Shown here piece by piece: positions 61,898 to 64,000 of a stretch of DNA of 64,000 nt. The notes below the pieces were generated by a model, which saw only the letters and a program-made list of their open reading frames with translations, ran no database searches and was not told where the DNA came from. Origin of the DNA: Fimbriimonadaceae bacterium (GTDB lineage Bacteria > Armatimonadota > Fimbriimonadia > Fimbriimonadales > Fimbriimonadaceae); contig DASXZH010000075.1 in assembly GCA_036502005.1 (NCBI GenBank), positions 10,381 to 74,380 on the forward strand. Direction: 5' to 3'. The translations under genes were made by a program, and so were the position numbers. The stretch's first letter is position 1, and each line of letters starts with the position of its first letter.

Positions 61898-64000
61898 GGT
61901 GTTAAAGTTAAGCTCTGCGTGAGCGTTACGACGCCTTTAGTGGCCGAGATGGTCACGGAAGTGTTCGAAGCCACAGCAGAACTGCTGATTGGGAACGAAA
62001 CAACCGTTTGTCCAAATGGAACTGTAACAGTTGCAGGCACAGTTACATTTGGGTTATTACTTGCGATAGAGATCTTCGCGCCCCCCGCGCCGGCCAGTCC
62101 ATTCAAATACACGGCCACATTCATGCCGGTTCCACCTTTCAAGGTAAACGAGCCAAGCCGCAAAACTAAAATGCCGGCCGTTTCTACGATAAGCGTTCCC
62201 GACTTTGAAGCGCCGTTCAGAGTCGCCGTTATATTGACCACGAGCGTCGAAGCAACGGGTCCAGTCGCAACAGAAAACGACGCAAAGCTCGCACCCGCAA
62301 GCACTGGGACGGAAGCTGGGACAACGACATTAGAATCGCTCGATGCTAAAGTGACCGTTGCACCGCTTGGCCCAGCGGCACCATTGAGGGTGACCGTCAC
62401 TTGTGCGCCGATCCCTCCAATAACCGCGGACGGCGCAGAAGCAACTTGGCTCACGGTGGCTGCAGTAAGGGTAAGGGTCTGTTGAATCGTAACTGGGCCC
62501 TTCGTGGCAGAAAGAGTCACGACCGCATTCGAAGAAACAGCAACACTCGAAATGGGGAAAGCGAAGGCATTGGCACCTGCAGGTACGACTACACTTGCTG
62601 GCACAGTAACGTTTGAGTTGTTACAGGATATATTGACGATTGAGCCGCCTGGCCCGGCCGGGCCGTTTAAATATACGGCTACGTTCATACCATTGCCTCC
62701 GAGAAGCGTCGGAGCGGTAAGCCTCAATTGGACCAGGGCAGCCGATTCAACTGGAAGCGTGTAGGTTTTAGTAACTCCGTTTAAGGAAGCGGTAATCGTG
62801 GCCTGTACGGTTGTGGACACTGCGGCGGTCGTGATAGGAAATGTCGCGTTTGGACTTCCGCTTGAGACCGTTACTGAGGGTTGAACGGTCGCGTTTGGGT
62901 CACTCGATGAAAGCGTAATGGCTGTGCCTCCCGATCCGGCGAGACCGCCGAGGCTTACGGTTGCCTGTGTTGTCGCTCCTCCGATAACAGCACCGGGGTT
63001 GAGCGTTAGGGCTGCCAATGGCGCGGGAGTCAACTGCAAAGTTATGGCAAGGGTCTTCCCTCCGCTGAGAGCGGTTAGCGTTACCGATGTGTTGGCGGAA
63101 ACTCCGCCGGTGACGACCGGAAAGTTTACGGCATTCGTTCCAGCAGGAACGACGACGCTGGTGGGTAGAGTAGCTAAAGCGCTATTGCTGCTCAAGCTCA
63201 CCGTTTTGCCGTTGGAAAGTGCGAGAGCATTCAGATACACGGCCGCTTTTTCCGTTATGCCCCCGGCGATTGAAGGTGAAGTTAGCCGGAAGCCGCTAAG
63301 CGCGGCCTGGGTAGCCGGGGCAATACTGGCGGCGGCAACAAACCCGGTTCCTGAAGCATTATAGTTGGTTGTCTGAAAGGCTAAGGGAGTCACCGGGAAG
63401 TCTGCAGAGAAGGCTTGTCCAGCAATAAAAACCTTTCCGGGCGTGGTTAAAGCGACCGAATCTGCCGTATCTGCGTCAGATCCGCCAAGATACGAACTGT
63501 AAAGGATGGTAGAGCCATCTGCACTTAGCATGGCTAAGAAACCGGTAAAGAACGGAGTGTTGTACTGGCCCTGAATTGCGTTCGAAGTGATCGGAAAGTC
63601 GCTTGAATCCGTAGTGCCTGCCAGTACGGCGTTGCCAGATGAATCAAGTTTAACGGACAAAACCAAATCACCGTAATCGCTGGGAGCTCCACTGCCTCCG
63701 AGATACGTGCCAAACAATAAGGTGGTTTCGTCGGCGCTGAGTTTGGCCACAAAGCCATTGGAGTTGCCGGGAGCAGCATTCATTTTTAACTGATAGGATC
63801 CCGGAGTGACGGGGAAATTGGTTGATCCAGTGCTCCCACCTACGACGATGTTTCCAGTTGAGTCCAGCGCGAGACTGAACGCGCCATCGAATTCGTTGCC
63901 ACCGAGGTAGGTGCCGCTCAACAAAATCGAACCGTCGCTGCTTAACTTCGTAACAAACCCAGTGCCTTCACGGCTGCTATTAATGGTCTGGAAGGCGCCC
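61894..64000 (-). CDS. giant surface protein, C-terminal part: SBBP-type beta-propeller repeats followed by at least six ~90-aa Ig-like repeats (5-prime end outside window)
   Basis: The frame is open to the window edge (GFVTKLSSDGSILLSGTYLGGNEFDG...). Repeated GFVAKL..DG.....TYLGG units, then repeats of the type LTAPTLLGGNGMNVAVYLNGPAGPGGSIVNISCNNSNVTVPASVVVPAGANAFAFPISS. Confidence 0.75.
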   Translation of the reverse strand, partial: GAFQTINSSREGTGFVTKLSSDGSILLSGTYLGGNEFDGAFSLALDSTGNIVVGGSTGSTNFPVTPGSYQLKMNAAPGNSNGFVAKLSADETTLLFGTYLGGSGAPSDYGDLVLSVKLDSSGNAVLAGTTDSSDFPITSNAIQGQYNTPFFTGFLAMLSADGSTILYSSYLGGSDADTADSVALTTPGKVFIAGQAFSADFPVTPLAFQTTNYNASGTGFVAAASIAPATQAALSGFRLTSPSIAGGITEKAAVYLNALALSNGKTVSLSSNSALATLPTSVVVPAGTNAVNFPVVTGGVSANTSVTLTALSGGKTLAITLQLTPAPLAALTLNPGAVIGGATTQATVSLGGLAGSGGTAITLSSSDPNATVQPSVTVSSGSPNATFPITTAAVSTTVQATITASLNGVTKTYTLPVESAALVQLRLTAPTLLGGNGMNVAVYLNGPAGPGGSIVNISCNNSNVTVPASVVVPAGANAFAFPISSVAVSSNAVVTLSATKGPVTIQQTLTLTAATVSQVASAPSAVIGGIGAQVTVTLNGAAGPSGATVTLASSDSNVVVPASVPVLAGASFASFSVATGPVASTLVVNITATLNGASKSGTLIVETAGILVLRLGSFTLKGGTGMNVAVYLNGLAGAGGAKISIASNNPNVTVPATVTVPFGQTVVSFPISSSAVASNTSVTISATKGVVTLTQSLTLTP

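Noticed and set aside
61754-63364. Plus-strand ORFs (243, 148, 86 aa) antisense to the giant Ig-repeat gene
   Set aside because: They are Ala/Thr/Val/Pro-rich mirror translations of the repetitive minus-strand gene, which has clear repeat-domain periodicity and stays open to the window edge.

Overview
This 64-kb chromosomal window is mostly minus-strand operons. All calls are made by eye from motifs, with no database search. The pseudopilin-type protein ([28 protein letters not shown] ... H-X9-D) and a BatA/MoxR/DUF58/VWA operon tentatively suggest an Armatimonadota- or PVC-like bacterium. I support about 58 protein genes and one tRNA-Glu(UUC). I see no rRNA, CRISPR array, transposase or integrase.

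Gene content, in order:
- A galactan-utilisation locus: LacI regulator, GH53, GH42, binding protein and a permease start.
- recJ.
- An ECF sigma / anti-sigma / HtrA-like operon next to two tandem paralogous propeller-PA14 proteins.
- A Nif3-like gene, tRNA-Glu, aat, an ankyrin protein and an S10 carboxypeptidase.
- A roughly 14-kb operon: ABC-2 exporter, coiled-coil protein, MoxR, DUF58, BatA and VWA proteins.
- A short RHS protein with a GIY-YIG-like toxin tip and a candidate immunity gene.
- MarR-MFS, GNAT, mscL, a PAS histidine kinase and a second ABC-2 exporter.
- A low-GC two-gene module, two YflT-like stress proteins, rho, hpt, a SurA-like PPIase and mazG.
- A partial giant SBBP/Ig-repeat surface protein.

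The least expected signal is in the intergenic DNA:
- At least ten spacers carry strictly 7-nt-periodic tandem tracts. These are usually arranged as inverted arms around a unique core.
- There are two dispersed small-element families (4 and 2 copies) and a perfect 48-nt direct repeat.

Four genes show single apparent frameshifts, which may be pseudogenes or assembly indels.
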